DNA of 64,000 nt from the NCBI GenBank assembly GCA_945861755.1, contig CAMAVQ010000009.1, positions 455 to 64,454 of the forward strand. The letters are read 5' to 3'. Position 1 is the stretch's first letter, and each line of letters opens with the position of its first letter. This DNA comes from Gemmatimonas phototrophica (GTDB taxonomy: Bacteria > Latescibacterota > UBA2968 > UBA8231). This document shows positions 63,762-64,000 of the stretch, piece after piece. Under the pieces are notes generated by a model, which was not told where the DNA came from, made no database searches, and saw only the letters and a list, made by a program, of their open reading frames with translations. Position numbers and translations under genes: made by a program.

Positions 63762-64000
63762 TTGGCAAGGGTCAGATGGTTATTGGCAATCGGGGTGATG
63801 CTGCAGGCCTGTGGTTATTACCATTACGCAGGAGCCCTGCGTCCCCAGGAGGAGCAATCGGCGTCCATAGCGGTCGCCGATGACGGGAGCGTGACCTACA
63901 CCCGCGACCGGTTGGAAGTCCGCTTGAAGCCCATGTCCGACGAGGAACTCAATCGGCAGTTCCCCACCAACTCGCAGTCAGGGCCCACCTCGACCAATCC
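63762..64000 (+). CDS. Family C2 lipoprotein (3'-partial; not in ORF track)
   Basis: GAGGGGG RBS, TTG start. Translates MARVRWLLAIGVMLQAC-GYYHYAGALRP..VADDGSVTY..RLEVRLKPMSDEELNRQF..STN, homologous to 35717-36490. Confidence 0.8.
   Translation, partial: MARVRWLLAIGVMLQACGYYHYAGALRPQEEQSASIAVADDGSVTYTRDRLEVRLKPMSDEELNRQFPTNSQSGPTSTN

Overview
High-GC bacterial chromosomal segment with no rRNA, tRNA, CRISPR array, transposase or phage gene recognised. The protein families suggest an FCB-group organism, most likely Ca. Latescibacterota (inference only). The left ~24 kb is metabolic and envelope genes: two TonB-dependent receptors, a 5'-truncated PQQ-dehydrogenase/ankyrin fusion, ilvBN, two M19 dipeptidases, an enolase-superfamily enzyme, an acyl-CoA ligase, a HAD/RfaE-like kinase/DHS-like trio, galU, a LarA-family gene, an acyltransferase and a GT-C glycosyltransferase. 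The right ~40 kb holds the main candidate for an undescribed system, a repeated cell-surface module. It has six paralogous secreted 'family A' proteins (discoidin-like domains plus a C-terminal FTPNGDGxND...WDG...Y FlgD-Ig/T9SS type-B-CTD-like tail) and three paralogous ~900-aa 'family B' predicted outer-membrane beta-barrels with a conserved Asp/Asn-rich loop. It also has two paralogous 'family C' lipoproteins, in the recurring order A(short)-A(long)-B-(C). A parvulin chaperone, TPR, CRTAC1/ASPIC and GT-C+TPR genes lie between the two modules. Two other secreted proteins carry a distinct C-terminal TWGxVK motif. A ~135-bp intergenic palindromic element occurs five times with compensatory base changes in its stems. 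All product calls come from motif recognition by eye; no searches were run.
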